The notes under the pieces: generated by a model
The model's input: the letters and a program-made list of their open reading frames with translations, nothing else
Told to the model about the DNA's origin: nothing
Databases searched by the model: none
Shown here: in pieces, positions 26,964-34,751 of the stretch
Layout: the number at the start of each line of letters is the position of its first letter
Numbering within the stretch: position 1 is the stretch's first letter
From: Candidatus Latescibacterota bacterium
GTDB taxonomy: Bacteria; Latescibacterota; UBA2968
Assembly (NCBI GenBank): GCA_038279365.1
Contig: JAYODI010000010.1
Coordinates: 1 to 34,751 of the forward strand
Reading direction: 5' to 3'
Length of the DNA stretch: 34,751 nt
Position numbers and translations under genes: made by a program

Positions 26964-28043
26964 ATGCGTAGTGCGATTATTTTTGTTTTTTGTTTTTTAT
27001 TTTTGGGTAGTGTGGCCAATATCGATGCACGGTCACAGCGTGTCAACCAGATCCCCAATGGTAGCAGAGTGGGGTGCGGCGCTTGTCATACCAGTTCGGG
27101 TGGTGGTGGGCCACGCAACGCTTTTGGTCAAGTTGTTGAAAGTGATTTTTTGTCGGGAAGTGGAGCAAGTGCATCGGTTGTTTGGAATGCCACGCTTGCA
27201 GGAATGGATTCGGATGGAGATGGATTTTCGAATGGGACGGAATTAGGTGATCCCGATGGGGATGGCACACCAACGGCTGGTGTGACTGTAACCAATCCTG
27301 GCGATGGAAATAGTTTTCCACAGGTGGTAAATAATGCCCCTGCTTTTGCGACCATTGGTGCAAAGAATGTGAATGAAGGTGAGGTGCTGACATTTGCTGT
27401 AACGGCAACCGATCAAGACAATGATGCGGTGACCATTACGGCATCTAACTTGCCAACTGGGGCGACTTTTGCCAATGGCAATTTCACATGGACACCTGGG
27501 TTTGATCAAAGCGGATCATTTACCGTTTCTTTTTCTGCCAGTGATGGAAAAACACAAACATCAGCAACGACAACGATTACTGTGGCCAATGTAGCTCGTC
27601 CGCTGGTGATCAATTCCTTTTCACCTACCAGCACGCTGTTTGTTAAAGGTGTTGGTGATACAGTTCGTGTTACGGTGGCGGCACAAAGCCCAGATGTGGG
27701 CAGTGTGACCTATGCTTGGGAAGTAAATGGCATTGTTCAAGCCGAAACGAGTGGTTCTTTGTTGTTTACTGTGGTAAATGATACAACAGATGATGTGCTT
27801 AAGGTCACGGTAGGTGATGGCACATCTTCATTGACCCAATCGTGGACTGTTGCTAAAGCATTGAAGGGTGACCTTGATGGCAACAATGAAGTGAGTTTTA
27901 GCGACTTTCTATCTTTTGTAAGTGCTTTTGGAAAGCGTTCGGCTGATGCGGGTTTTATTGCGTTGGCGGATATCAATGGAAATGGCACGGTTGACTTTCC
28001 TGACTTTCTGGAATTTGTCCGTTTCTTTGGACAGAAACGGTAA
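26964..28043 (+). CDS. secreted protein: CxxCH/temptin-like N-domain, Ig/cadherin-like domains and dockerin-like repeats
   Basis: Signal peptide; IPNG..CGACH..GGGPRNAFG..W..DSDGDGFSNGTELGDP; NNAPAF..ATDQDND..NLPTGATF..FTWTP; two DxxGxVxFxDFLxF repeats. Confidence 0.75.
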   Translation: MRSAIIFVFCFLFLGSVANIDARSQRVNQIPNGSRVGCGACHTSSGGGGPRNAFGQVVESDFLSGSGASASVVWNATLAGMDSDGDGFSNGTELGDPDGDGTPTAGVTVTNPGDGNSFPQVVNNAPAFATIGAKNVNEGEVLTFAVTATDQDNDAVTITASNLPTGATFANGNFTWTPGFDQSGSFTVSFSASDGKTQTSATTTITVANVARPLVINSFSPTSTLFVKGVGDTVRVTVAAQSPDVGSVTYAWEVNGIVQAETSGSLLFTVVNDTTDDVLKVTVGDGTSSLTQSWTVAKALKGDLDGNNEVSFSDFLSFVSAFGKRSADAGFIALADINGNGTVDFPDFLEFVRFFGQKR

Positions 28044-28070
28044 CACGCTGTATACGTGATATTCTCGAAC

Positions 28071-28115
28071 AAAAAAACAAGCCCATTGGTGATGATGCCA
28101 ATGGGCTTATTTTTT
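28071..28115. terminator. intrinsic terminator (bidirectional form)
   Basis: A run, then AAGCCCATTGG-tgatgatg-CCAATGGGCTT, then a T run. Confidence 0.8.
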
Positions 28116-28221
28116 GTTGCAAAATCGTTTTTTCATTATTATTCATCAAGCCTATGGGAATGAGAACACGAGTTGAAGCGGTGAGATCGTGGTTTTTGGC
28201 AAAGAGATAGAAAGGATAAGT

Positions 28222-28896
28222 ATGGCGAGAACCATTATGATTGGTGATGTACATGGGTGTGCAGAAGAGTTGCAAGAATTATTAGATGAATTAGACTACA
28301 CCCCCCATGTTGACCATATCTTTCTCACGGGAGATGCGTTTACCAAAGGACCAGATCCATTGGGCGTTTGGCGTTTGATTCAAGATGTGCGTGCAAAGAT
28401 GGTGATGGGCAATCACGATGTGGCATTGTTGGATCGTTTAAAAACTCGGATGAATGGCGAAGAAAAAAAACTGAAATCGGTTTATAAAAAGACGCTTGAT
28501 GCCCTGATGCCTGTTGTTGATGAATTGATGGATTGGGTAAAACGTTTGCCCTTATATATTGAAACAGAATCGTTTTTGTTGGTCCATGCAGGGATTCACC
28601 CCATAAAAGAATTACAAGGAACGTCACGGGATGAATTTTTGACCATTCGCACGTGGCCGCCCAACAAAGGTCTTGATGGGCCACGTTGGCACGATGTGTA
28701 TCAACCTATTCGGCCATTGTTGGTGTTTGGGCATGATGCACCAGGTGGTTTAATTGTTAAAAAAAGAAAGGGTAAACCTTTTTTGGTGGGGTTGGATTCT
28801 GGGTGTGTTTATGGCAATGCGCTGAGTGCGTTTGTTGTTGAGGAAGCACGTATTGTGCAGGTGAAAAGTCGGCAAGCCAAACAGTTTTTTGATTAA
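28222..28896 (+). CDS. metallophosphoesterase (ApaH/PrpE-like)
   Basis: GDVHG, GDAFTKG, GNHD, VHAG, FGH, LDSGCVYG. Confidence 0.9.
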   Translation: MARTIMIGDVHGCAEELQELLDELDYTPHVDHIFLTGDAFTKGPDPLGVWRLIQDVRAKMVMGNHDVALLDRLKTRMNGEEKKLKSVYKKTLDALMPVVDELMDWVKRLPLYIETESFLLVHAGIHPIKELQGTSRDEFLTIRTWPPNKGLDGPRWHDVYQPIRPLLVFGHDAPGGLIVKKRKGKPFLVGLDSGCVYGNALSAFVVEEARIVQVKSRQAKQFFD

Positions 28897-28982
28897 CAAG
28901 TCTATGATCAATGCTTGACAAATAACGAAGGCGCACCATATTACGGATGTTCAATCATTTATCAATAAGAAGGAGATCGGAC

Positions 28983-29879
28983 ATGGCAGATCAAGAATAT
29001 CGGGTTGCACCACCTGGGTTTACGCGGGAACAGTGGGATTCATTTATGGAAGAGGGGATGTTGGTGATTGAAAATGCCCTCACCGAAGACGAGGTGGATC
29101 ATTATGTAGACATGATTGACAGGGCCAGTGCGCGAAGTGAGAAATATGATCCCGCCAAATTTTTTGGGCCACAAAATATCGTAGAAAAATACCCAGAATT
29201 TTCAGAATTGATCGATCATCCACGTCATGTGGGATTTGCTTATGATGTTTATGGCGAGCTTTTGAAGTTGCATATTTCCCAATTCTTTTTGCGCCCACGC
29301 GATTCCTCTCACAATATGTGGCATCCCGATGGTGCCCGTGCTGTACCTTATGGTGTTTTTGTACCTGAGTTGCCTTTGCAAATTAAAATTTCTTATTGGT
29401 TGACCGATTTGCCAGAAGCGGGGATGGGCAATTTTGTTTACATGCCAGGCAGTCATCGCACGCAGTATTTTGATTATTATGACACACACGAAAGTGTACC
29501 AGGTGAAAAGATCTTAAAAGTAAAACGGGGCACAATGTCTATTATGCACTGCAACACCTGGCATCGTGTGGAACCCAATAACACGGATAAATTGCGTAAA
29601 AATATCTTTTTGGCGTATTGCCCATCGTGGGTTTGTGAAGCCGATCGACACAAGTGCTCACCAGAATGGTTGGATACGCTTAATCGAGAGCAACGCATTA
29701 TTATGCGCAGTTATGATGGCGGATATGCACGTACAAAACCTGCGGCATCTGAATTTCCTCTTTTCTTAGATCGAGAAAGTGCCTCTGCCCATGACAATGT
29801 TGGTCCTGATGTTGAATTACATCGTAGAAAACGCATGACCACCATTGAGAAATTTCAGATGGCACCTGTGCAAGCATAG
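28983..29879 (+). CDS. PhyH-family Fe(II)/2-oxoglutarate dioxygenase
   Basis: EEGMLVIENAL, WHPD (HxD), PGSH, WH..R; RBS AGGAG; TTGACA at 28915. Confidence 0.88.
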   Translation: MADQEYRVAPPGFTREQWDSFMEEGMLVIENALTEDEVDHYVDMIDRASARSEKYDPAKFFGPQNIVEKYPEFSELIDHPRHVGFAYDVYGELLKLHISQFFLRPRDSSHNMWHPDGARAVPYGVFVPELPLQIKISYWLTDLPEAGMGNFVYMPGSHRTQYFDYYDTHESVPGEKILKVKRGTMSIMHCNTWHRVEPNNTDKLRKNIFLAYCPSWVCEADRHKCSPEWLDTLNREQRIIMRSYDGGYARTKPAASEFPLFLDRESASAHDNVGPDVELHRRKRMTTIEKFQMAPVQA

Positions 29880-29903
29880 TAATAGATGTATCTAGGGGGA
29901 GCG

Positions 29904-29940
29904 ATTAAGACAGGACATCTATTGTTCTGTCTTAATTTTT
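29904..29940 (+). terminator. intrinsic terminator
   Basis: ATTAAGACAGGACA-tctat-TGTTCTGTCTTAAT followed by a T run. Confidence 0.65.
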
Positions 29941-29975
29941 AGGCGCAAGAATGTTTATCTCTAAAGGAAATGATC

Positions 29976-31115
29976 ATGAAAATAACCGATGTAAAAGTAT
30001 TGCCTGTGGATAGGTATTTGTTTGTACAGGTTGAAACGGATACTGGAATTGTTGGGTTGGGCGAATCGGGTGCTTGGGGGTATTTATTGGCCTCGGGCCA
30101 AGTGGTTGAAGACTTTCGGGACTATTTGATAGGTAAAGATCCATTGTTGATTGAACACCATTGGCAATATTTATATCGGTGTACTCATTTTCGGGGTGCC
30201 GCCATTATGGGTGCCTTGAGTGCGATTGACATTGCCCTTTGGGATATTGCGGGCAAACATTTCAATGTGCCGGTTTATCAACTGTTGGGGGGAAAGTGTC
30301 GTGATAAGGCACGTGTGTATTATCATGTAATAGGGGATACCAAAGAAAAACTGATTGATGGATGTGTGCAGGCAAAAAAACAAGGTTTTACGGCGGTGGG
30401 GCACTTAACTCCGTTTTTAGATGAATCGCGCAATGTGCCTTATTTTGCAACACACGCTCATAAAATGAAAGATGCCATAGATACGGTAGGGGCCTATCGG
30501 GATGCTGTGGGAGATGAGGTGGATTTGTGCATTGAAATCCATCGTCGCTTAGAACCCGCCGAAGCCATTGTGTTGGGCCGTGGGATCGAACAATTTCGTC
30601 CCTTTTTCTTTGAAGACCCAATTCGTCCAGACAATTTTGACGCCATGGGGGAAGTTGCGCAAAAGATCAATATCCCAATTGCAACGGGTGAACGTTTACA
30701 TACCATTTATGAGTTTCAAATGCTGTTGACGCGCAATGCCGTTCAGTATGTGCGGCCCGATGTGTGTATGTGTGGGGGGATTTCGGGAGCCAAAAAAATT
30801 GCGGCCATGGCCGAAGCACACCATGTGGGTGTTGTGCCACACAACCCGCTATCACCGGTGAGCACGGCTGCCTGTATCCAAATTGCGGCGTGTATTCCCA
30901 ACTTTGCGTTGCAAGAGTTTCCAAAAGGAGAAGACAAACCGCCAAAGAGTGAAATTGTGAAGCAAACTTTAAAGGTTGATAATGGTTTTTTGGTGATTCC
31001 AGATGCCCCAGGTATTGGCATTGAATTAGCAGAAGATGCCATGGAACGGTTTCCATTCAAAGGACGCGCAAAAAATACGCGATTACACGTAGATGGATCG
31101 GTGGTGGATCAGTAA
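29976..31115 (+). CDS. dgoD: galactonate dehydratase-like acid-sugar dehydratase (MR subgroup)
   Basis: MKITD, GLGE, IDIALWDIAGK, LLGGKCRD, FFEDP, ATGER, RPD, PHNP, LQE. Substrate unverified; alternative ATG at 29970. Confidence 0.8.
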   Translation: MKITDVKVLPVDRYLFVQVETDTGIVGLGESGAWGYLLASGQVVEDFRDYLIGKDPLLIEHHWQYLYRCTHFRGAAIMGALSAIDIALWDIAGKHFNVPVYQLLGGKCRDKARVYYHVIGDTKEKLIDGCVQAKKQGFTAVGHLTPFLDESRNVPYFATHAHKMKDAIDTVGAYRDAVGDEVDLCIEIHRRLEPAEAIVLGRGIEQFRPFFFEDPIRPDNFDAMGEVAQKINIPIATGERLHTIYEFQMLLTRNAVQYVRPDVCMCGGISGAKKIAAMAEAHHVGVVPHNPLSPVSTAACIQIAACIPNFALQEFPKGEDKPPKSEIVKQTLKVDNGFLVIPDAPGIGIELAEDAMERFPFKGRAKNTRLHVDGSVVDQ

Positions 31116-31301
31116 ATGTGGGTGATTAAATCATGTGAATCTTTGGAAGAAAAAAGAAGAAATGACCCCACTTGAGATACGCTTTTTTTCAAATGCGCAT
31201 GCAATTTTGTTCCCCATTTGATGAATTGTATCATGACAGAGTTAGAGGGGGTTGTTTTATGATTGATTTTTATGGGTGGTTTCATAGTGAGGGAAAACAC
31301 G

Positions 31302-33077
31302 ATGGTTAAGATGCTCTTGAGAGATGTTACGATGCCAGAACTGGCAAGTATTTTTGAAAAAAGTAAAGATCGATCACCTGCCCCTTATTTGTTGGACAAA
31401 AATGCCGTTACACGGGCTCGAAAATGGGCGAAGGCGAATGGCATTTGGGATGATTTGACAAAAAATTTGGATGGCAGGAAAGATATACCAGTGTTGAAGC
31501 GCTCAGATTATCGCAATTACAAAAGAGTGGGCGACCGTTTGGTGCCTCAAGCCAAAGCAGGGTATCGGCGGCAAGAGTTGTCAAAGGCGTTTATGGCCTT
31601 GTGGTTAGACCACCCCAATGCCCATGTAGATTATTTGCAAGACTTGATGTGGGCTTATTGTGATGATTGGACTTGGGTGATGGCCGCGCATGAAGGGCGT
31701 AGCATTGATTTGGGGTCTGTTGCACTGGGATCAACACTAGCTGAAATTGTGCATGTTTTGGGTGGCCGTCTTGAAGAAGAAGTGACACAACGTGTTTCGG
31801 AGTCTATAAAGAAGCACATATTTGATCCCTATTGGGATTATACACACCTCAATGGGTGGGAAACCGTGCGCATGAACTGGAATCATGTGTGTAATGGAGA
31901 GATCATTCGCACGGCATTGTATCAGCTTGATGACCCACGGGTGTTGGCGCGCATGACACATGCAGCCATTCAAAACTTAACGTATGCTTTAGATGGATTT
32001 ACAAATGATGGCGGGTGTGAGGAAGGCCCTGGGTATTGGCAATATGGTTTTGGACATTATTTGATGGTGGCTCATGCTTTGTTTTTGAAAACGGGTGGGG
32101 CACTCAACATCATGCAGGATGAAACGGGAAAAATTGAGCGTATTTGTAAATATCCGCTGGCTGCGCATATTAGCGGGGCGTTGCGTTCTACATTTGCCGA
32201 TTCCAGCCATGGGTATACGGGTGCTCAGGCGGCTATGATTATTAATGACTTTATGAAAATACCTGAGCTTTATGCCCTGTGCAGGCAACACGAAGATGGT
32301 CGGTTGCAAGTAAGTGGTCTGCATGAGCTGGCGATGTATTCGGGGTTTAAGGTGAAGCAGGCACCCGATTCAAAAGACTATGTCTTACCTGATTTGGGCC
32401 AAGTAAAATTGCGTGGTCAAGCAGGTAAAAACCAAATGACCCTGATGTGTTTGGCAGGGAATAATGGGGTACCCCATAATCACAATGATATTGGCAGTTT
32501 TATTGTGCACAAACACGGCAAATTACTCCTAACAGATCCAGGAGGGCCGGTTTATAACCGGAAAACATTTGGACCAAATCGCTATGACATTCTTTTTTGC
32601 AATTCTTTGGGGCATTCTGTTCCTGTGATTAATGGCAAGTTACAGCAACCCGGTGAAAAATATTATGGCACGTTATCCGTTGCACATTTGAATGGGAATG
32701 ACATTAAAACTGCCGAAATTGACATGACACATGCCTATCCTAAAGGCACTGTAAAACAATTGGTTAGGAAGTTTTTGTTCGATGCAAAAACCAATGCTTT
32801 TACCCTTGAAGACCATTATTCGTTTACAAAAAAGCCCAATGCATTGGTTGAAGGATTTATCACATTTGAACCCGTCAAAATTTTAGGCCAAAAGGTTCAG
32901 ATCGGGTCTAAAACAAGTGGTTTGGTGATTGAGGCGGTTGATGCGACGGGTAAATTTGAAGTCAACAAATTGACCGAAGAATCTAAGGAAGGCCGTACAG
33001 ACCAAGTGGTTACGCGGATTACCTTTATACCAGAAAAACTGGCCAATGAGATGGTTTTGAAATTTTTTATTGCTTAA
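31302..33077 (+). CDS. heparinase II/III-family (polysaccharide lyase-like) protein
   Basis: NWNHVC, DGGCEEGPGYWQYG, HNHNDIGSF, TDPG, SLGHSVPVING; no signal peptide. Confidence 0.85.
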   Translation: MVKMLLRDVTMPELASIFEKSKDRSPAPYLLDKNAVTRARKWAKANGIWDDLTKNLDGRKDIPVLKRSDYRNYKRVGDRLVPQAKAGYRRQELSKAFMALWLDHPNAHVDYLQDLMWAYCDDWTWVMAAHEGRSIDLGSVALGSTLAEIVHVLGGRLEEEVTQRVSESIKKHIFDPYWDYTHLNGWETVRMNWNHVCNGEIIRTALYQLDDPRVLARMTHAAIQNLTYALDGFTNDGGCEEGPGYWQYGFGHYLMVAHALFLKTGGALNIMQDETGKIERICKYPLAAHISGALRSTFADSSHGYTGAQAAMIINDFMKIPELYALCRQHEDGRLQVSGLHELAMYSGFKVKQAPDSKDYVLPDLGQVKLRGQAGKNQMTLMCLAGNNGVPHNHNDIGSFIVHKHGKLLLTDPGGPVYNRKTFGPNRYDILFCNSLGHSVPVINGKLQQPGEKYYGTLSVAHLNGNDIKTAEIDMTHAYPKGTVKQLVRKFLFDAKTNAFTLEDHYSFTKKPNALVEGFITFEPVKILGQKVQIGSKTSGLVIEAVDATGKFEVNKLTEESKEGRTDQVVTRITFIPEKLANEMVLKFFIA

Positions 33078-33078
33078 A

Positions 33079-33117
33079 GTTGATCTAAATCACAAATTAT
33101 GTGTGATCCAGCTAACA
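33079..33117 (+). promoter_or_regulatory. tandem CRP/FNR-family binding sites
   Basis: GTTGA-tctaaa-TCACA (33079-33094; also reads TTGAT-N4-ATCAC) and TGTGA-tccagc-TAACA (33102-33117). Confidence 0.55.
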
Positions 33118-33150
33118 TCGGAAACGAAAGAATTGACCGATATTATATAT

Positions 33151-33243
33151 AGGTCTCGAGCAGGGGTGACTCGAGACTTAAGGCCCTTCTCCCCAGTAGG
33201 AATCCCTGTGTTGGGACTGCCGAGTGGGAGAAGGGCGTTTTTT
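33151..33243 (+). ncRNA. candidate structured sRNA / attenuator leader
   Basis: 10-bp hairpin 33151-33179; 11-bp GC-rich stem 33183-33193/33226-33236 with a nested hairpin; T6 tail. Confidence 0.45.
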
Positions 33244-33267
33244 CTCTTAGGACATAGGGGATAAGAT

Positions 33268-34751
33268 TTGACTTCTATACGCCAAAAGCTGTTGTTGTCT
33301 ACCGCTTTGGTTTTGGTGGTATTTTGTGTTGGTGTTTTGGTTTTGTCACGTAAGGTGATGTTGGACGGGTACTTGGATTTAGAAAAGCAAGATATGCAAC
33401 GGCAACTTAATCGTGTGAATAAGGCTGTTGCTTCTTATTTTGATGTATTGGACACCACGGCATTTGACTGGGCTGCTTGGGATGATACATATGCGTTTGT
33501 CGAAAACAAAAACTCAGAATTTGTCAAAACGAATTTGGTCGATGAAACATTTAATGAGAATGGACTTCGGCTCAACTTTATGGTGTTTTTAGATGCCAAG
33601 CAAAATATAGTTTTTCAAAAAGGATATAATTGGGAGCAAAAAAAAACAGAACCCGTTCCGCAGGGAATTTTGGGGCATTTGACAGAAAACGGATTGGTGG
33701 CATCGGGCGCAGTAAAGGGGTTGTTAATTTTGCCAGAAGGTCTTTTTGCGGTTGTTTCTCGTCCTATTTTAACAAGCAAAGAAACAGGACCAGCTCGTGG
33801 GCAACTGATTGTGGGGAGGCGATTTGACAAAAAAGAAATCGATCAATTTGCCACATCGCTGGAACTTAATTTGACTTTATATGTTATGGGTCGCAGCACA
33901 GTTCCTGTGGCCCTCAAAGATGCTTATGCCCATGTTTTGTCTGATTCATCTCATTGGGTAAAGGCATTTGATGAAAAGATATTTGCCGGTGTGGTGGCGT
34001 TAAAAGATATTTATGCCAACCCTGTGGCTATGGTGCACGTGATACAACCAAGAGACATTTATCGCCAAGGTATTGTTTCTGTGCGTTCTGCATTTGGTGC
34101 AATTTTAATTACGGGTGTGCTTTTGGCTGTTGTGTTTTTTTTGATGCTTGAGCGATTTGTTTGGGAACCCATTAAAAATATGCGTGCCGATCTTCAAGAA
34201 ATTGAAGGCTTGCGGGATTTGTCTTTGCGTGTGCGTGTGCGAAATGGTGATGAGTTGGGGGCGTTGGGGCAGGCAATGAACGAGATGTTAGAAAAATTGG
34301 ATAGAAATGAACGAGAAATGGTGCGTTTGGAGCGGTTGAGTGCATTGGGAGAGATGGTTGCTGGAATTAATCATAATTTGAATAATATTTTGGTGGGTGT
34401 CACCATCAGTTCTGAGTTTTTATTAGACCGTGTGGCAGATCCTCAAACGGCAGGATATGTACGTACCATCCATCAGGCTGGCAAACAAGCTGCCGATTTG
34501 GTATCGAGGTTACAAGAAGCTGTTTTGGGAGATTCTGATGAAGGTGTGTTGCAGTCTTTGAATACCATAGTGCGCGATTCTATTGAAACGGCACGAACAA
34601 GGTGGAAAGATGAAGCCGAACTGAAAGGAATTGAAATTCGGGTTTTGCTCGATTTGGCACCAGATTTACCACAAATTAGAGGATCTTCATCTGGGCTTTA
34701 TAATATTATGCTCAATCTCATTTTTAATGCTGTAGATGCCATGCCCAATGG
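33268..34751 (+). CDS. CHASE4-HAMP sensor histidine kinase (runs off window)
   Basis: Not in ORF track. TTG start; TM helix; CHASE4 motif DWAAWDDTYAFV; second TM; HAMP DELGALGQAMNEML; H-box ALGEMVAGINHNLNNIL; N-box NLIFNAVDAMP. Confidence 0.92.
   Translation, partial: MTSIRQKLLLSTALVLVVFCVGVLVLSRKVMLDGYLDLEKQDMQRQLNRVNKAVASYFDVLDTTAFDWAAWDDTYAFVENKNSEFVKTNLVDETFNENGLRLNFMVFLDAKQNIVFQKGYNWEQKKTEPVPQGILGHLTENGLVASGAVKGLLILPEGLFAVVSRPILTSKETGPARGQLIVGRRFDKKEIDQFATSLELNLTLYVMGRSTVPVALKDAYAHVLSDSSHWVKAFDEKIFAGVVALKDIYANPVAMVHVIQPRDIYRQGIVSVRSAFGAILITGVLLAVVFFLMLERFVWEPIKNMRADLQEIEGLRDLSLRVRVRNGDELGALGQAMNEMLEKLDRNEREMVRLERLSALGEMVAGINHNLNNILVGVTISSEFLLDRVADPQTAGYVRTIHQAGKQAADLVSRLQEAVLGDSDEGVLQSLNTIVRDSIETARTRWKDEAELKGIEIRVLLDLAPDLPQIRGSSSGLYNIMLNLIFNAVDAMPN

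Noticed and set aside
26869-27246. 125-aa alternative-frame ORF / leader peptide
   Set aside because: No RBS, and it overlaps the secreted-protein gene out of frame.
33070-33264. 64-aa ORF over the structured intergenic region
   Set aside because: TTG start inside the upstream gene, no RBS and no protein-like features; the region is better explained as promoter plus RNA.
1-34751. CRISPR arrays, IS elements, prophage, defence systems, tRNA/rRNA
   Set aside because: No spaced direct repeats, transposase/integrase/nuclease/RT motifs or cloverleaf signatures seen by eye; weak signals could have been missed without computation.

Overview
This is a gene-dense bacterial chromosomal window with about 30 CDSs, mostly on the + strand. 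I found no rRNA, tRNA, CRISPR array or mobile element. The organism is probably a diderm FCB-group bacterium: the C-terminal 'DxxGxVxFxDFLxFxxxFG' dockerin-like repeats and the many acid-sugar enzymes suggest Ca. Latescibacterota or a relative (inference). In order, the window holds: (1) an ArsR/SmtB regulator divergent from a troABCD Mn/Zn/Fe ABC importer, in which BOTH permeases carry C-terminal DtxR-like domains, followed by a free DtxR/MntR gene, with operators for both regulator types in the intergenic region; (2) a secreted HExxH protease with a dockerin-like tail; (3) map, an orphan CcmI-like lipoprotein, a GT3 glycogen-synthase-like enzyme, a lipoprotein and an OM beta-barrel; (4) two antiporter-like membrane proteins; (5) an unannotated 57-aa Cys-rich gene leading rsbW-like, hpf, hprK, a TPR lipoprotein and a membrane-tailed receiver; (6) aspartokinase, an atypical Pfk and an atypical galactokinase-like kinase; (7) sugar-acid catabolic genes plus a secreted CxxCH/temptin-like/dockerin protein; (8) a partial CHASE4 histidine kinase. 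The best candidates for novelty are the doubly DtxR-fused metal transporter, a putative CRP/FNR-family-activated ~93-nt structured RNA at 33151-33243, and an ECF-type promoter with a terminator-containing leader ahead of the CxxCH-dockerin gene. All calls come from manual motif reading; no searches were run.
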